Program-made: the position numbers and the translations under genes
Part shown: positions 37,504 through 48,958 of the stretch, piece by piece
Position numbering within the stretch: the stretch's first letter is position 1
Layout of the letters: each line of letters begins with the position of its first letter
Notes under the pieces: generated by a model
Database searches by the model: none
What the model saw: only the letters and a program-made list of their open reading frames with translations
Told to the model about the DNA's origin: nothing
NCBI GenBank assembly: GCA_965249275.1
Contig: CBDFLQ010000005.1
Span: forward strand, 544,001-608,000
Source of the DNA: Dehalococcoidia bacterium
Lineage (GTDB): Bacteria; Chloroflexota; Dehalococcoidia; Plut-88900
Direction: 5' to 3'
DNA: 64,000 nt

Positions 37504-37575
37504 TTCTAGGGCCTGTGCGCGTGGGGGATCTTGTTTGGGTGGGACTGGTATTGTGCTGGGGTTGGGACACGTACA

Positions 37576-37908
37576 GTGAATGATGCGAGAAAGAAGTTAA
37601 CTGCTATTCGTCCGGGGGAAATCCTGAATGAGGAATTCCTCTTGCCGATGAATATCAGCCAGTATCGCCTGGCGAAGAGTATTGGCGTGGACCCGAGGCG
37701 GATTCATGCGATCGTTCACGGCGAGCGTTCCATAACTGCCGAGACCGCTCTCCTGCTTTCGCGCTTCTTTGGGAACTCCAGGGAGTTCTGGATGGGGATC
37801 CAGAGCCAGTATGACCTGGATATGGCTGAGGACCGTTTAGGCGACAGGCTGGCTTCCATCGCAGAGCACGCATCTTCCTATTCAACTCAGGAAGAACCTG
37901 TCGACTAG
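37576..37908 (+). CDS. HigA family antitoxin (orphan)
   Basis: RPGEILNEEFL.PM.ISQYRLAK.IGV..RRI..IVHGERSITAETA..L.RFFG...FW. Confidence 0.88.
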   Translation: MNDARKKLTAIRPGEILNEEFLLPMNISQYRLAKSIGVDPRRIHAIVHGERSITAETALLLSRFFGNSREFWMGIQSQYDLDMAEDRLGDRLASIAEHASSYSTQEEPVD

Positions 37909-37970
37909 GGAATGAAGAACACCCATAAGGCGAGGCAAGCCGGGGGTTTTGGCTTTATAATGCCTGCCGT

Positions 37971-38046
37971 GCCCCTGTAGCTCAGAGGATAGAGCAACGG
38001 TTTCCTAAACCGTGTGTCGGGTGTTCGAGTCACCCCAGGGGCACCA
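37971..38046 (+). tRNA. tRNA-Arg (CCT)
   Basis: Acceptor GCCCCTG/CAGGGGC, anticodon arm ACGGT-TTCCTAA-ACCGT, GTTCGAGT, encoded CCA. Confidence 0.96.
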
Positions 38047-38187
38047 TTTCATAAAGAACACTCGGCTTTTTAGTTAGGTTATCTTCGCATCAATCAAGGG
38101 CGCGTCTTCGGGCGCGCCCTTGCGCATACGGGTGGTATCATGTCCAATAATCTCGACAAACAAAGGCACCTGCAAGGAGGGCCCGCA

Positions 38188-39327
38188 ATGAAGTTCGTGG
38201 ACATAGACGGCCACATCCTGGAACCCCCCGACCTGTGGACGGAGAACCTGGAGCCGGAGTATCGGGGCCGGGCGATGCAGTTCAAGAAGGACGAGGAAGG
38301 GCTGGACTATTGGGTCATCGACGGGCAGGTGCACGGAAAGCTGGTGAAGTCCACGTCGGCGAACCTGGCGACCATCGGGAAGAGTGCGGAGTGGCGTAAA
38401 GAGCATATTTTTGAGAAGCACGACGTGAGCTACGACGACGGCCGGGCCATGGCGCCCGGGGCGTGCGACCCGGGCGAGCGGGTAAAGCTCATGGACGAGG
38501 AAGGGATCGACGCTTCATTCCTGTTTCCGTCCCTGGGGCTGTCCTGGATGGGTACCACGGAAGACCCTGGGCTGGCGGCGGCTTATTGCCGCGTCTATAA
38601 CGATTGGATAATCGATTTCTGCAACGCCCAACCCGGAAGGCTGTACCCGTGCGTTCTGCTGCCCTGGACCAACGTGGGGGAGAGTGTGAAGGAGCTCAAG
38701 AGGACGTCGGGGCAGGGGTCCCGGGCGGTGATGGTGCCTTCGTTGCCGCCGGGGAACGTGGCCTACGGACGGAGTTACTGGGACCCCCTGTGGGCCGAGT
38801 TCCAGGAGCAGGGAGTGCCCTTGAGTCTGCATCCATCCTCCGGGGGGACGAGCGGGGGGAACCTTCTGTATCCCGAGTTCAGGATGCCCAGCTGGTGGAC
38901 CTTCGCGACCAACGGTGTGGACCTGCCGCTGGGGTATATGAGCTTCTTCCAGGAATCGGCGTTCGACCGATTTCCTGAGTTGAAGGTGTTGGTATTGGAG
39001 TCGGGGTGCGGGTGGATGCCGTGGTTGCTGCAACGGATGGACGAGAAGTTCGAAGTGCTGGGATTTACGACGGCCATGTCGGAGAAGCCCAGCTACTATT
39101 TCTACCGGCAGGGATGGATAGACATGGACCCGGACGATGAGATCGGGGCGGTGATAATCGGGCTGCTGGGAGCTAACAAGGTGATGTGGGCGTATGACTA
39201 TCCGCACTCGGACTCTCCGCTGGACCCGGTGATCAACCTGAAGAAGACGCTGTCGGCGCTGCCGGAGGAGGACCAGAGGAAGGTGGCAGGGGAGAATGCG
39301 ATAGGGTTGTACAATCTGGCGTTGTAG
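38188..39327 (+). CDS. Amidohydrolase_2 family protein (paralog 7)
   Basis: DIDGHILEPP, VYNDW, LESGCGW, WAYDYPHSD; AAGGAGG RBS. Confidence 0.92.
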   Translation: MKFVDIDGHILEPPDLWTENLEPEYRGRAMQFKKDEEGLDYWVIDGQVHGKLVKSTSANLATIGKSAEWRKEHIFEKHDVSYDDGRAMAPGACDPGERVKLMDEEGIDASFLFPSLGLSWMGTTEDPGLAAAYCRVYNDWIIDFCNAQPGRLYPCVLLPWTNVGESVKELKRTSGQGSRAVMVPSLPPGNVAYGRSYWDPLWAEFQEQGVPLSLHPSSGGTSGGNLLYPEFRMPSWWTFATNGVDLPLGYMSFFQESAFDRFPELKVLVLESGCGWMPWLLQRMDEKFEVLGFTTAMSEKPSYYFYRQGWIDMDPDDEIGAVIIGLLGANKVMWAYDYPHSDSPLDPVINLKKTLSALPEEDQRKVAGENAIGLYNLAL

Positions 39328-39462
39328 GAAGTGACCCCCTCGCCCCACCCAAAGATATCTATTTACCACAAGGGGACATCCCATCTCTCCTGCCCAAAAG
39401 AACTGAAGGGCTAACAGCCCCTGTGCGTTTTCTGATCTATCCTGATCAAGGAAGATAGTGAT

Positions 39463-40449
39463 TTAGTAGAGGTGGCAGGCGACGGAGTGGCCCTGGGTGG
39501 TCTTCTTTAGGACGGGGGTGATTTCCCGGCAGACGTCCATGGCGAAGGGGCAGCGAGGATGGAAGGAGCAGCCCTTGGGAGGATCGATGGGGCTGGGGAC
39601 GTCGCCGGTGAGGATAATGCGCTCGCGGGAGGCCTCGACTACGGGGTCGGGGATGGGGACGGCAGATAGAAGTGCTCGGGTGTAGGGGTGTTTTGGGTCT
39701 CGGTAGAGTTCGTCCCTGCCGGTAATCTCGACGATCTTGCCCAGGTACATGACCGCGACCCGGTCCGAGATGTGCCTCACGACGGACAGGTCGTGGGCGA
39801 TGAAGAGATAGGTGAGGTCGAAGCGTTCCTGGAGAGAGCGGAGCAGGTTGATGACCTGGGCCTGGATGGAAACGTCGAGGGCGGAAACGGGCTCGTCGCA
39901 GACGATGAAGGTCGGGTTAACGGCAAGGGCTCGTGCGATGCCGATCCTCTGGCGCTGGCCTCCGCTGAACTCGTAGGGGTAGCGGTCCATCATGTTGGGA
40001 TTGAGGCCCACAACCTCGAACAGCTCCTGCACCCTGTTCTTTCGCTCGTTGCGGTCGCCAATCTTGTGGATGATGAGAGGCTCTTCGACTATGGCGCCGA
40101 CGGTCATGCGGGGATTTAGTGAGCCGTAAGGGTCCTGGAAGATGACCTGAAGCTCTTTCCTGAGGGGACGCATTTCCTTGCCGGAGAGCTGGGTAAGGTC
40201 CTCGCCCCGGAAGCGGACTTCACCGCCGGTGGGCTTGAGGAGCTGGAGAATGCACCTGCCGATTGTGGTCTTGCCGCAACCGCTTTCGCCGACGAGGCCG
40301 AGAGTCTCGCCGCGCATGATCTGGAAGGATACGCCGTCGACTGCCTTGATTTCGCCCACCCTGGACTGGAATATGACGCCCTTGCTTACGGGAAAGTGCA
40401 TCTGCAGGCCACGGACGTCGAGGAGGACGTAGGGGTCGGGTATCATCAT
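39463..40449 (-). CDS. Oligopeptide/dipeptide ABC transporter ATP-binding protein (OppF/DppF type)
   Basis: [26 protein letters not shown]-terminal Cys cluster. Confidence 0.95.
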   Translation of the reverse strand: MMIPDPYVLLDVRGLQMHFPVSKGVIFQSRVGEIKAVDGVSFQIMRGETLGLVGESGCGKTTIGRCILQLLKPTGGEVRFRGEDLTQLSGKEMRPLRKELQVIFQDPYGSLNPRMTVGAIVEEPLIIHKIGDRNERKNRVQELFEVVGLNPNMMDRYPYEFSGGQRQRIGIARALAVNPTFIVCDEPVSALDVSIQAQVINLLRSLQERFDLTYLFIAHDLSVVRHISDRVAVMYLGKIVEITGRDELYRDPKHPYTRALLSAVPIPDPVVEASRERIILTGDVPSPIDPPKGCSFHPRCPFAMDVCREITPVLKKTTQGHSVACHLY

Positions 40450-41441
40450 GAGACGGGCTCCGGGGTGCGACGGGTGACGTCTACGAGGCATGCTGCGGAG
40501 TGTCCGGGCCGCTTTAGTTCCAGGAGCGGGTCAGTGTGAGAGCAAGCGTCGATGGCAAAGGCACACCGGGGTCGGAATGAGCATCCCGCAGGTCGGTGGG
40601 CGAGGTCGGGGGGTGCGCCCTCGATGGGAACGAGTTGTTCCCTGATGGACTCGTCGAGGCGGGGGACGGAGGCGAGGAGGCCGAGGGTATAGGGGTGGCG
40701 GGGAGTCCCGTAGACGTTGTGAGCGGAAGAACTTTCGACGATTCTGCCGGCGTACATGACGTTGACGGAATCGGCGTAACGGGCCACGACGCCGAGATTG
40801 TGCGTGATGATGACAACCGCGGTGCCGCGCTCCTTGGAGAGCCGGCTGATGAGCTCGAGGAGCTGGGCCTGGATGGTGACGTCGACGGCTGTGGTGGGCT
40901 CGTCGGCAAGGAGCACTTTAGGCTCGCAGCTGAGGGCCATGGCGACCATGACGCGTTGCCTCATGCCACCGCTCATTCGGTGGGGGTAATCGTCGAGCCT
41001 GCGTCCGGGGTCGGCTAAACCGACCTCTTCGAGGAGCTCGCCGGCTCGGGTGTTGGCGGCTCTTCCGGAGAGGCCGAGGTGCATTTCGAGGGCCTCGGTC
41101 AGTTGACGGCCAATGGTGAGGACTGGGTTGAGGGAGGTCATGGGCTCCTGGAAGATAATGGCGATGTCCTTGCCGCGCCGGCGTCTCATCTGGTCGTTGC
41201 TGAGCTTGAGCAGGTCTTGGCCGTCGAGAAGGACCTCACCTTCGACGATCTCGCCCGGGGGTGAAGGGATGAGGCGCATCAGGGAGAGAGCGCTGACGGT
41301 CTTGCCGCACCCGCTCTCGCCGACAAGGCCCATTGTTTCCCCGGCTCGGAGAGAGTAGGAGATGCCGTCGACGGCCTTGACCACACCGTCCTCGGTGTAG
41401 AAGTAAGTCTTTAGGTTTTTGACCTGTAGGAGCGGTGGCAT
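40446..41441 (-). CDS. Oligopeptide/dipeptide ABC transporter ATP-binding protein (OppD/DppD type)
   Basis: [29 protein letters not shown]. Confidence 0.95.
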   Translation of the reverse strand: MPPLLQVKNLKTYFYTEDGVVKAVDGISYSLRAGETMGLVGESGCGKTVSALSLMRLIPSPPGEIVEGEVLLDGQDLLKLSNDQMRRRRGKDIAIIFQEPMTSLNPVLTIGRQLTEALEMHLGLSGRAANTRAGELLEEVGLADPGRRLDDYPHRMSGGMRQRVMVAMALSCEPKVLLADEPTTAVDVTIQAQLLELISRLSKERGTAVVIITHNLGVVARYADSVNVMYAGRIVESSSAHNVYGTPRHPYTLGLLASVPRLDESIREQLVPIEGAPPDLAHRPAGCSFRPRCAFAIDACSHTDPLLELKRPGHSAACLVDVTRRTPEPVS

Positions 41442-41710
41442 GGATTGTTATTCGCGGCGGGGGACTCGGGGTGGGTTGGGATGCCGTTACTTACCAGTTT
41501 ACCAGTGCACGGGGCAGTATAGGCAAGCGGGCGGAGAGATTAAGGTTCGGGCGGTCGCCAAGGGGTAAAGGGCGGGACTTTCTCACTGAGGTTTAGTTCG
41601 GAGCTCGATCCAATAAGGCCGATCTACTGTAATCGGGTAGATGCCAGATCCGTGGCACTGGGTGTGGCGAGTGGAATAACTGGGGTCGAAAACCTGAATT
41701 CTCACCAACC

Positions 41711-42868
41711 TCACTTTATAACCCTGAGTAGAAACTCTCTAAGCTCTTGCTCGTAGCGCGCGGAGTCTACGTTCCATGAGTTGGTGTGAGTGGCATTCGG
41801 ATAGACAGTGTATGTCACTAGATCAGGGCGGAGTTCAGCCAGCTTGTTGCTTGTCTCGATAGGCACGTAGGTATCTTTTTCTCCATGAATCAGCAGGATA
41901 GACACGTCGAGCCGGTCTGCATTCTTAAGGTAGTCCATGGCGTCCCAGTCCAAGCCGAACCGGAGCGTGGTAATCCATTTCCCCGCAGTTGTCACGAAAC
42001 CAGGCAGATGGCGTTTACGAGCTCCGCTGTCCACCGGCGCTTTGAAGTCCATCATGGGGGAGTCGATTACAACACCGGTAACCGAGCCGGATAACGGTGA
42101 TTTGTAAAGGAAATTCACGATTATGCTGCCGCCCATACTGTGGCCAATCAAGACAACGTTGCTGGCGCCCGACTGGGACAGGACGTACTCCACTGCAGCG
42201 TGGAGGTCTTGCCATTCGGTCAGGCCGAACTGGTAGAAGCCGCTTGGGTCCTGGGGTTGTCCTTTGTCGTTACGATAGGTGATGTATAAGGCCGGGAGGC
42301 CGAGGTCATGTAAGACAGGCAATGAGGGCAGGCCGTCTCCCGGAGTTCCGCGATGTCCGTGGACAAATATGGCCCATGTGTCGTGTACTCCTTCAACCCG
42401 CCATGCGTCCTGAGTTCCCAGCGGGGTCTCGTATTGAACCTTTTCGTACTCGATGCCAAATGCTAGGAAAGGATCGTTCGGGTAGATGCTGCCCGACACG
42501 AAGGCTGGGGTGGAGCTTGGTGGGTCTCCATCTCCAATCGTGAATTGCCGGAGCAGGAAGTGGCCTCCGTCCTCCACGATGTCTCCGATCATTCCGCTTC
42601 CGCCATCCCAGCTGACTCCCCACTTGCCGGGACGCCTCCAGGCCCCACGTTCAGGGCCGTTCTCTAGCCTTACCACGCCCTGACCAAAAGCGGAGGCTGT
42701 GAGGTTGTACTCCAGCTTGTATTCCCTGACCTCCAGCGCACGGTCTTTCAGCACACTGGAGAAATACCAGGCCGTACCGAAGTAGAAGACTGCGAGGAGG
42801 CATAGGACGGAGAGGAGCAGAATTAATATCAATTTACGGCGATTTCTCCGACGAGTCGGCAGATGCAA
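41711..42868 (-). CDS. Membrane-anchored alpha/beta hydrolase
   Basis: N-terminal TM helix, FVHG, GHSMGG nucleophile, HGEKDxxVP, catalytic His. Confidence 0.88.
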   Translation of the reverse strand: MHLPTRRRNRRKLILILLLSVLCLLAVFYFGTAWYFSSVLKDRALEVREYKLEYNLTASAFGQGVVRLENGPERGAWRRPGKWGVSWDGGSGMIGDIVEDGGHFLLRQFTIGDGDPPSSTPAFVSGSIYPNDPFLAFGIEYEKVQYETPLGTQDAWRVEGVHDTWAIFVHGHRGTPGDGLPSLPVLHDLGLPALYITYRNDKGQPQDPSGFYQFGLTEWQDLHAAVEYVLSQSGASNVVLIGHSMGGSIIVNFLYKSPLSGSVTGVVIDSPMMDFKAPVDSGARKRHLPGFVTTAGKWITTLRFGLDWDAMDYLKNADRLDVSILLIHGEKDTYVPIETSNKLAELRPDLVTYTVYPNATHTNSWNVDSARYEQELREFLLRVIK

Positions 42869-43040
42869 TCCGAGCCTATCTCCTCTGCTGATATATCAAG
42901 GACAACTCGATTGAACTATTGGATTACTCCATTGAGCACCAGGAGCATTGGAAACCCTAGACATAGTTAAGTCTTCTGCGGGCCGTTACACCCTAGTGTT
43001 TTAGCCAGTATGGAGCTTGAGATTACAGGTGTGGAGTTGG

Positions 43041-44681
43041 CTAGTGGAAGCGCGACATTCGACCTTCCATGTTCGTATGAATGTCCAGCAACACCGTGGC
43101 CCCGTCCGCGTTTAGCTGTTGAGCTTTCATAAGTGATGGGGCTACCTCTGAGGGGTCCGTGACGGTAATGCCTACCGCTCCCAGGCCCTCGGCTATTTTG
43201 GCGTAATCGCCGGTCATCTCGGTTGTGCCGAACAGTTCCCGTGCCGTTGGATAACCTCCCGGATAGGTAGCCATGCCGCCGTTGTTCAGGACAACGGTGG
43301 TGATTGGGGCGTTAGCTCGGACAGAGGTCTCGATGTCGAGACCGGACATACCGAAAGCGCCGTCCCCCATCAGGTTGAGACAGAATTTGTCGGGGTTCGC
43401 GAGTTTGGCGCCAATCATCAACGGGATGCCGTAGCCGAGGTGGGTACTCTTACCCCAACCTATGTAGCTGTGTGGGACGGTTGCTGTGTAAAAGGGCATG
43501 ATCGAGTCCCGGGGGGCGCCTGCGTCATGGGTGACTATGCTGTTCTCTCTGTCCAGGGTCCTGTCCAGCTCACCGATTACCCTGTAGGTGTTGATGGGCA
43601 CTTCGTCGGATTCCAATAACGGCTTCCACTCGGCGAGCCAATGCTCTCTGAGCTCAGCTATTGCAGTGCTAACTTGATTATGGCCGTTGCGTCCACCCTC
43701 GCCGATTATCCCCTTCACCTCCTCAATCATCATCTGCAAGGTGAGTTTAGCGTCTCCGGGAAGGCCAACGGTGACCGAATAGTCCTTGTTGATGTCGTCA
43801 ATGCCTTCGACGTTATGGATGATGGTCTTTCCTTCGGGAATGGGCTGGCCATAGGGGGTCCTGGTCATACTTGAGCCGACGGCGAAGAGGACGTCGGACT
43901 CTTGTAACCATCGCCGGGCGGGCAAGGTAGTTGCTCCGCTGCCCGAGCCGAGAGAAAGAGGATGGCGCTCATCAAAGGAGGACTTGCCGGGCATGGTGCA
44001 GTACACCGGGATTTGAGTGAGATCGGCCAGCTTTTTCAGTTCCTTGGTCGCATCCGCAAGCAGTACTCCCATACCGGACCATATGACTGGCTTTTTGGCG
44101 TCCAAGAGCAGTCTGACAGCATCCTTGACATCGTTGGTTGAAGGTCGTTGAAGTGACCTGCGGGGCGGTTGATAGCCAGGCATCCCATCCGGGACCTCCT
44201 GGGCACCGATATCCTCGGAGATTTCGACAATCACCGGACCGGGAGGTCCGTTACGGAGGGCATGAAACGCACGGCGCATTACGTCGGAAACCTGATCCGG
44301 TTGAGTGATGACTTCGCCACGTTTGGAGACGCTCTGGTAAGAGCGAACGGGCGAGAATTCGGGTCGGACGGCGTACCGGGCCAAGGCTGGGCCTGCAGGA
44401 AGGTACAGGATGGGAACGTTGTCGGCGTAGGCCTGGGCAATACCGCCCATGGAGTTCTCCGAACCGGGACCTCCCTGGGTAATGACTACCCCGAATTTCT
44501 TCCGGTCATTTACGCGGCTGAACCCATCGGCGGCCATGATTGCACCGCGCTCCTGTCGGAACATGATGGTGCGAATGCCTTCTTTGGCAACCAATTCGAT
44601 GAGTTGGTTGGAGGGGAAACATGAAACCCACTCTACGCCTTCCATTTTCAGGACTGCAGCGACGGTCTCAATCACGTTCAT
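43041..44681 (-). CDS. Thiamine pyrophosphate-requiring enzyme (acetolactate synthase-like superfamily)
   Basis: RQERGAIMAADG, GGPG, GDGAFG..NN TPP motif. Confidence 0.92.
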   Translation of the reverse strand: MNVIETVAAVLKMEGVEWVSCFPSNQLIELVAKEGIRTIMFRQERGAIMAADGFSRVNDRKKFGVVITQGGPGSENSMGGIAQAYADNVPILYLPAGPALARYAVRPEFSPVRSYQSVSKRGEVITQPDQVSDVMRRAFHALRNGPPGPVIVEISEDIGAQEVPDGMPGYQPPRRSLQRPSTNDVKDAVRLLLDAKKPVIWSGMGVLLADATKELKKLADLTQIPVYCTMPGKSSFDERHPLSLGSGSGATTLPARRWLQESDVLFAVGSSMTRTPYGQPIPEGKTIIHNVEGIDDINKDYSVTVGLPGDAKLTLQMMIEEVKGIIGEGGRNGHNQVSTAIAELREHWLAEWKPLLESDEVPINTYRVIGELDRTLDRENSIVTHDAGAPRDSIMPFYTATVPHSYIGWGKSTHLGYGIPLMIGAKLANPDKFCLNLMGDGAFGMSGLDIETSVRANAPITTVVLNNGGMATYPGGYPTARELFGTTEMTGDYAKIAEGLGAVGITVTDPSEVAPSLMKAQQLNADGATVLLDIHTNMEGRMSRFH

Positions 44682-44766
44682 GACTTTCCTCCTTCAGGGT
44701 CCAAAAACCCTTCCTGAGGGGGCCAGGCCCAGACGGGTCCCAGTGATCGGGCGTGTATGTGATCGA

Positions 44767-45783
44767 CTACGGTGTGGGCTGCCACTTCCGAAGTCCCGAG
44801 CCGTCCAGCACCGACGGATTGACACAGGACAGGGGCCAGCGGCCGCCCAACACCAGTGCGATCTCCCGTCCTACCCGACGCCTGGACCCTACCTCAAATC
44901 TGGATGAAGCCGACGCCACGTGGGCAGTAAGTGTGACGTTCTCCATGCCGAGCAAGGGGTTGTCAGGGGCAGGCGGTTCCTTTTCCAGGACGTCCAGCGC
45001 TGCGTGAGCTATCCATCCTTCGTCCAGGGCCCGTATCATGGCTGCTTCGTCCACGGTCGCGCCCCTGCCGGTATTCACGAAGATTGCCTGTGGCTTCATC
45101 AGCCTGAATTGCTCCTCGCCGACCAACCGGGTCGTGCCACCGGTCCCGGGCAGGTGGTTTGAGATGATATCCGATTTTTGCAACAACTCTGTCAAGCTGA
45201 CCGGCTCCGCGCCATGTTGGAGTATCGTAGTCTCCTTTACGAATGGATCGTAGGCGAGGATGCGGAGGCCAAACGGCTTCATCAATGGCACAACGGCCCT
45301 GGGTATGTTCCCAAAGGAGATCAAGCCCAGGGTCTGCCCGTATAGCCGGGGCAACTGATATAAGGTCGGGCGTCCCTCAGGCCAACGGTGCTCCCGGACC
45401 ATTTTGTCCACGAGCAGCAGCCGGCGGTAAGCTGCCAAGATTAGCACTGCCGTGTGCTCGGCAACCTCCTGGATGAAGGTGTCGGGGCAGTTGGTTACCG
45501 GGATACCCCTGGCCGTGGCCGCCCGAACGTCGACTATGTCGGTGCCCACGCTACCGAGAGCGATGATTTTGCATTTCTCCAGTCGATTAATCACCTTTTC
45601 CGTAACGGGCATACCCCTGACTATGAGGGCGTCGGCGTCTTTGGCAGTTTCCAGGAACTCTTTGTCTGACACAGCGTTAGCTTCCATAAGCTGGACATCA
45701 ACGCCCTGCAGCCCCTCCATCTCGAATGTGAAGTCGGCAGTAAGGTTGGGACGTCCCTGCGCCACGATCTTGTACTTCGCCAC
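44767..45783 (-). CDS. D-2-hydroxyacid dehydrogenase (CtBP-like)
   Basis: EVAEHT, YDPF, NTGRG, LDVLEKEP, TAHVA. Confidence 0.92.
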   Translation of the reverse strand: MAKYKIVAQGRPNLTADFTFEMEGLQGVDVQLMEANAVSDKEFLETAKDADALIVRGMPVTEKVINRLEKCKIIALGSVGTDIVDVRAATARGIPVTNCPDTFIQEVAEHTAVLILAAYRRLLLVDKMVREHRWPEGRPTLYQLPRLYGQTLGLISFGNIPRAVVPLMKPFGLRILAYDPFVKETTILQHGAEPVSLTELLQKSDIISNHLPGTGGTTRLVGEEQFRLMKPQAIFVNTGRGATVDEAAMIRALDEGWIAHAALDVLEKEPPAPDNPLLGMENVTLTAHVASASSRFEVGSRRRVGREIALVLGGRWPLSCVNPSVLDGSGLRKWQPTP

Positions 45784-46098
45784 TTTGACCCCCTGAGAAT
45801 CGTTTTATGGTTGCTGTTGTCGGCCCGTGGATCGGGGCCGACCCTAGCTTATGGCAAGGTGCAGAACGTGTCCAGGGAACCGAAACGATGACTGCGCTCT
45901 ATCGTTCTACGATGTACATTTTTTATACCGGCACTGGTCAATGCATGGCTGCATGCATCGTGCCAGGGGAAAGGATGAAGGGATTACAGAGCGCGTGATG
46001 CCCGGATTTTTGTGGGGTCGCTAATCTGTGATAACATCGCTGTATTCCTGAGCGCTTCGTAACTTACCTGTTAGCCGAGTTAGAAAGGGAGCAACGCC

Positions 46099-47817
46099 AT
46101 GTCCGAATACGACCTGGTTATCCGTGGCGGCACTATTGTGGACGGGACGGGTGTTCCCCGATACGGGGCTGATTTGGCGGTCAAGAACGGAAGAGTGGCC
46201 AAAATAAGCGGCAGGATCAGCGCCGGAGGCGCGAAGGAGATCGACGCCCGGGACTGCATTGTGGCGCCCGGAGCCATCGACATGCACACCCATTATGATG
46301 CTCAGCTTAACTGGGACCCCTATGCATCGCTGTCGGGCTGGTTCGGGGTGACCTCCCTGACCATTGGCGAATGCGGCTTTGGCTTCGCTCCGACCAGGCC
46401 CGAGGACAGGGACCTGAACATGCGGATGATGAACCGCATCGAGGCCATTCCACTGGAGTCGATGCGGTTAGGTCTTCGCTGGGACTGGGAAACCTTCCCG
46501 GAATATATGGACAGTCTGGACCGCCAGGGACTGGGCGTTAACGTGGGCCCAGTGTTCCCATTCTCACCCATGCGCGGTTACGTACTTGGCATGCTGCCCG
46601 CCAGGGAGAGGACTTCGGTGACGGATGCAGAGCTAAACCAGATGAAGCAGATGTTCCACGAGGCTATGGAGGCCGGAGCTTTCGGGTTCTCCTTCAACAA
46701 GAACTACGAAGACCGTCCGGAGGACGGCGGTTCCCTTCCCAGCCACGTGGCATCCGAGGAAGAATTCCTTGCTCTGTCGGAAGTTCTAGGGGAATTCGGG
46801 GTGGGCCACATGGGGCTGACACTGGGCTTGGGCCTCAACCAGGAGGAGCGCGGCTCGGTCCTCGACCTTACCGCCGATATGATGAGGGTGAGCGGCCGTC
46901 CCTTCAGCTTGCTGAATGCTAATGATGACGGGGCGGATTGGGTGGACGCATGTCGCCGCGAGGGGCTCCCTCTGATAATGCAGCAGACGAGTACCGCCCC
47001 TGCGATGGAGTTTAAGCTGGCGGAATTCAACCTGTACGACTTCATGCCCAACTGGATTCAGCCCCTGGTGGGTGACGTAGAGGAGCGGTCTGTAAAGCTG
47101 AAGGACCCTGAGACACGGTCGGCCATGAGGCAAGACATAGAAGACGCGAAACGCTCGGAGTCCGCTTCATCACCGGCCTATCGCATGACCGACTGGGGCA
47201 GGATGAGGGTGTTGCAGGTGTTCCAGGAGCGGAACGAGCAGTACGAAGGAATGACAGTTGAAGAGGTGGCCAAGCTTCAGGGGAAACACCCGTTGGACGC
47301 CTTCCTGGACCTGGCTTTAGACGAGGAACTCCAGACTGAGTATATTCTTCCTCCGGAGGATACCCCTGAGGAAGTGAAGGCGCGGAAGCCAGCGCTCCTC
47401 GATCCTCACTCCCACATCTCCGTCTCCGATGGCGGCGCGCACACCAAGTTCAACACTCACAGTACGTGGCCTATATATTGGCTGAGTCTCTGGATCCGGG
47501 ACAGAGAGATCATGACGCTAGAGCAGGCCCACTACAAGATGAGTGCGCTGCCGGCCTGGATAACCGATTTCAAGGACCGGGGCACTCTCCGGGTAGGGAA
47601 CTGGGCGGACGTAATTGTCTACAATCTCGATGAGCTTGGTTTCGTATACGACAAGCCCATCTTCGCCAACGACTTTCCAGGTGGGGAACGCCGCTTAGTC
47701 CAAAAACCTACGGGGCTTCGCTATACGATAGTCAACGGCACGGTCACCTTCGAGGATAGCGAATGCACCGGAGCGCTGCCGGGCAAACTGCTCCGCAGCT
47801 ACGACATGGTCGGCTAA
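46099..47817 (+). CDS. N-acyl-D-amino-acid deacylase family amidohydrolase
   Basis: DLVIRGGTIVDGTG, PGAIDMHTHYD, SDGGAH, DRGTL. Confidence 0.92.
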   Translation: MSEYDLVIRGGTIVDGTGVPRYGADLAVKNGRVAKISGRISAGGAKEIDARDCIVAPGAIDMHTHYDAQLNWDPYASLSGWFGVTSLTIGECGFGFAPTRPEDRDLNMRMMNRIEAIPLESMRLGLRWDWETFPEYMDSLDRQGLGVNVGPVFPFSPMRGYVLGMLPARERTSVTDAELNQMKQMFHEAMEAGAFGFSFNKNYEDRPEDGGSLPSHVASEEEFLALSEVLGEFGVGHMGLTLGLGLNQEERGSVLDLTADMMRVSGRPFSLLNANDDGADWVDACRREGLPLIMQQTSTAPAMEFKLAEFNLYDFMPNWIQPLVGDVEERSVKLKDPETRSAMRQDIEDAKRSESASSPAYRMTDWGRMRVLQVFQERNEQYEGMTVEEVAKLQGKHPLDAFLDLALDEELQTEYILPPEDTPEEVKARKPALLDPHSHISVSDGGAHTKFNTHSTWPIYWLSLWIRDREIMTLEQAHYKMSALPAWITDFKDRGTLRVGNWADVIVYNLDELGFVYDKPIFANDFPGGERRLVQKPTGLRYTIVNGTVTFEDSECTGALPGKLLRSYDMVG

Positions 47818-47923
47818 ACAACGACTAGGTTCCGGGCGAAGCACTCGGCCTCTACGGGCGACGCCGTAGTAGTCTACAGAATACAATGCCTACTACGCGG
47901 GGCATGGTGGCTTGGCCGAATCT

Positions 47924-48958
47924 CTACCCCGGGACTTTGACCAGCTTCTGCATGGAGCGGAGTTCACGCGGCGGGTCCATAACGCTGCCGTAGTCGCTCC
48001 AGGAGACCTCAGCGACATAGATATCGCCCTTCGAATCTACTGCAATGCCGTGGGGAGCATAGAATCGGCCGGTCTGCGATCCGTAGCTTTCCCGCCCTAT
48101 TCTGGCCAAGACCTCGCCCCTGGTGTTCATCACTGTAATGCGGGGGCCTAGATCGGTGCCTATGTCATTGGACCCGATCCCGCAGAAATATTCGCCAATA
48201 TAGACCAGTTCCTCTCCGGATCGGTCATCTATGTAGATCGCAGCGGCCCGGGAGAGGTTGACCCACTGGGTTTCGTACTTACCCTCTGAGCTAAATGCCT
48301 GAATCCGGTGGTTCTCGCGATCAGCGACGTATACCCATCCATCGCTGTCGACCGCCAGGTTGTGGACTATGTTGAACTGCCCCTCGGCGGTACCTGATTC
48401 GCCCCAGGAAAAGAGGAGCTGTCCATCGGGGGCGTATTTGTGCACCCGTGCGTTGGAGTAGCCATCAGCAACGTAGAAATCGCCGGTCCTCTTGTCGAAA
48501 GCCACGTGAGCGGGTTTAGAGAAGGGTATGCCACTCATCTTGGGACTAGGGCAGTTTGGGGTGCCGAGGGTCATAAGCAGCTTGCCTTCGGGGGTGAGTT
48601 GTCGGACTGTGCTGTCCCCGTTATCGACGCAAAAGACCGTGTCATCGGGGGCGATGGTAACCCCGTGGGGGTTGCTGAATAAGCCCTCGCCCCACGTTCT
48701 CAAAACGTTTCCTTCGGAATCGAATACGATCATGGGACACGTGCCACGGTTGAATACGTAGACGTGGTCCTTGGAATCAACGTCGACTGAGGTGCCTTCC
48801 TTGTATGTCCATCCGTCGGGGAGGTTGCCCCAGTCTTTGCCGGAAACGCTGTACGTGAAGCGGTTTTCTCCCAGGATTACGGGACCGGAGACTTGGCCCT
48901 TGTCTGAATGGGCTTCCGCTCTAATCCCATATTCCCAATCTTGCTGTTGATCTGCCAT
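47924..48958 (-). CDS. NHL-repeat beta-propeller (peptidyl-alpha-hydroxyglycine lyase-like)
   Basis: PHG repeats, YVADGYSNARVHK, GQFNIVH, VADRENHRIQ. Confidence 0.88.
   Translation of the reverse strand: MADQQQDWEYGIRAEAHSDKGQVSGPVILGENRFTYSVSGKDWGNLPDGWTYKEGTSVDVDSKDHVYVFNRGTCPMIVFDSEGNVLRTWGEGLFSNPHGVTIAPDDTVFCVDNGDSTVRQLTPEGKLLMTLGTPNCPSPKMSGIPFSKPAHVAFDKRTGDFYVADGYSNARVHKYAPDGQLLFSWGESGTAEGQFNIVHNLAVDSDGWVYVADRENHRIQAFSSEGKYETQWVNLSRAAAIYIDDRSGEELVYIGEYFCGIGSNDIGTDLGPRITVMNTRGEVLARIGRESYGSQTGRFYAPHGIAVDSKGDIYVAEVSWSDYGSVMDPPRELRSMQKLVKVPG

Noticed and set aside
41544-41560. GGTTCGGGCGGTCGCCA as an att remnant of tRNA-Asp
   Set aside because: Only an 8-bp match, in inverted orientation, with no integrase.
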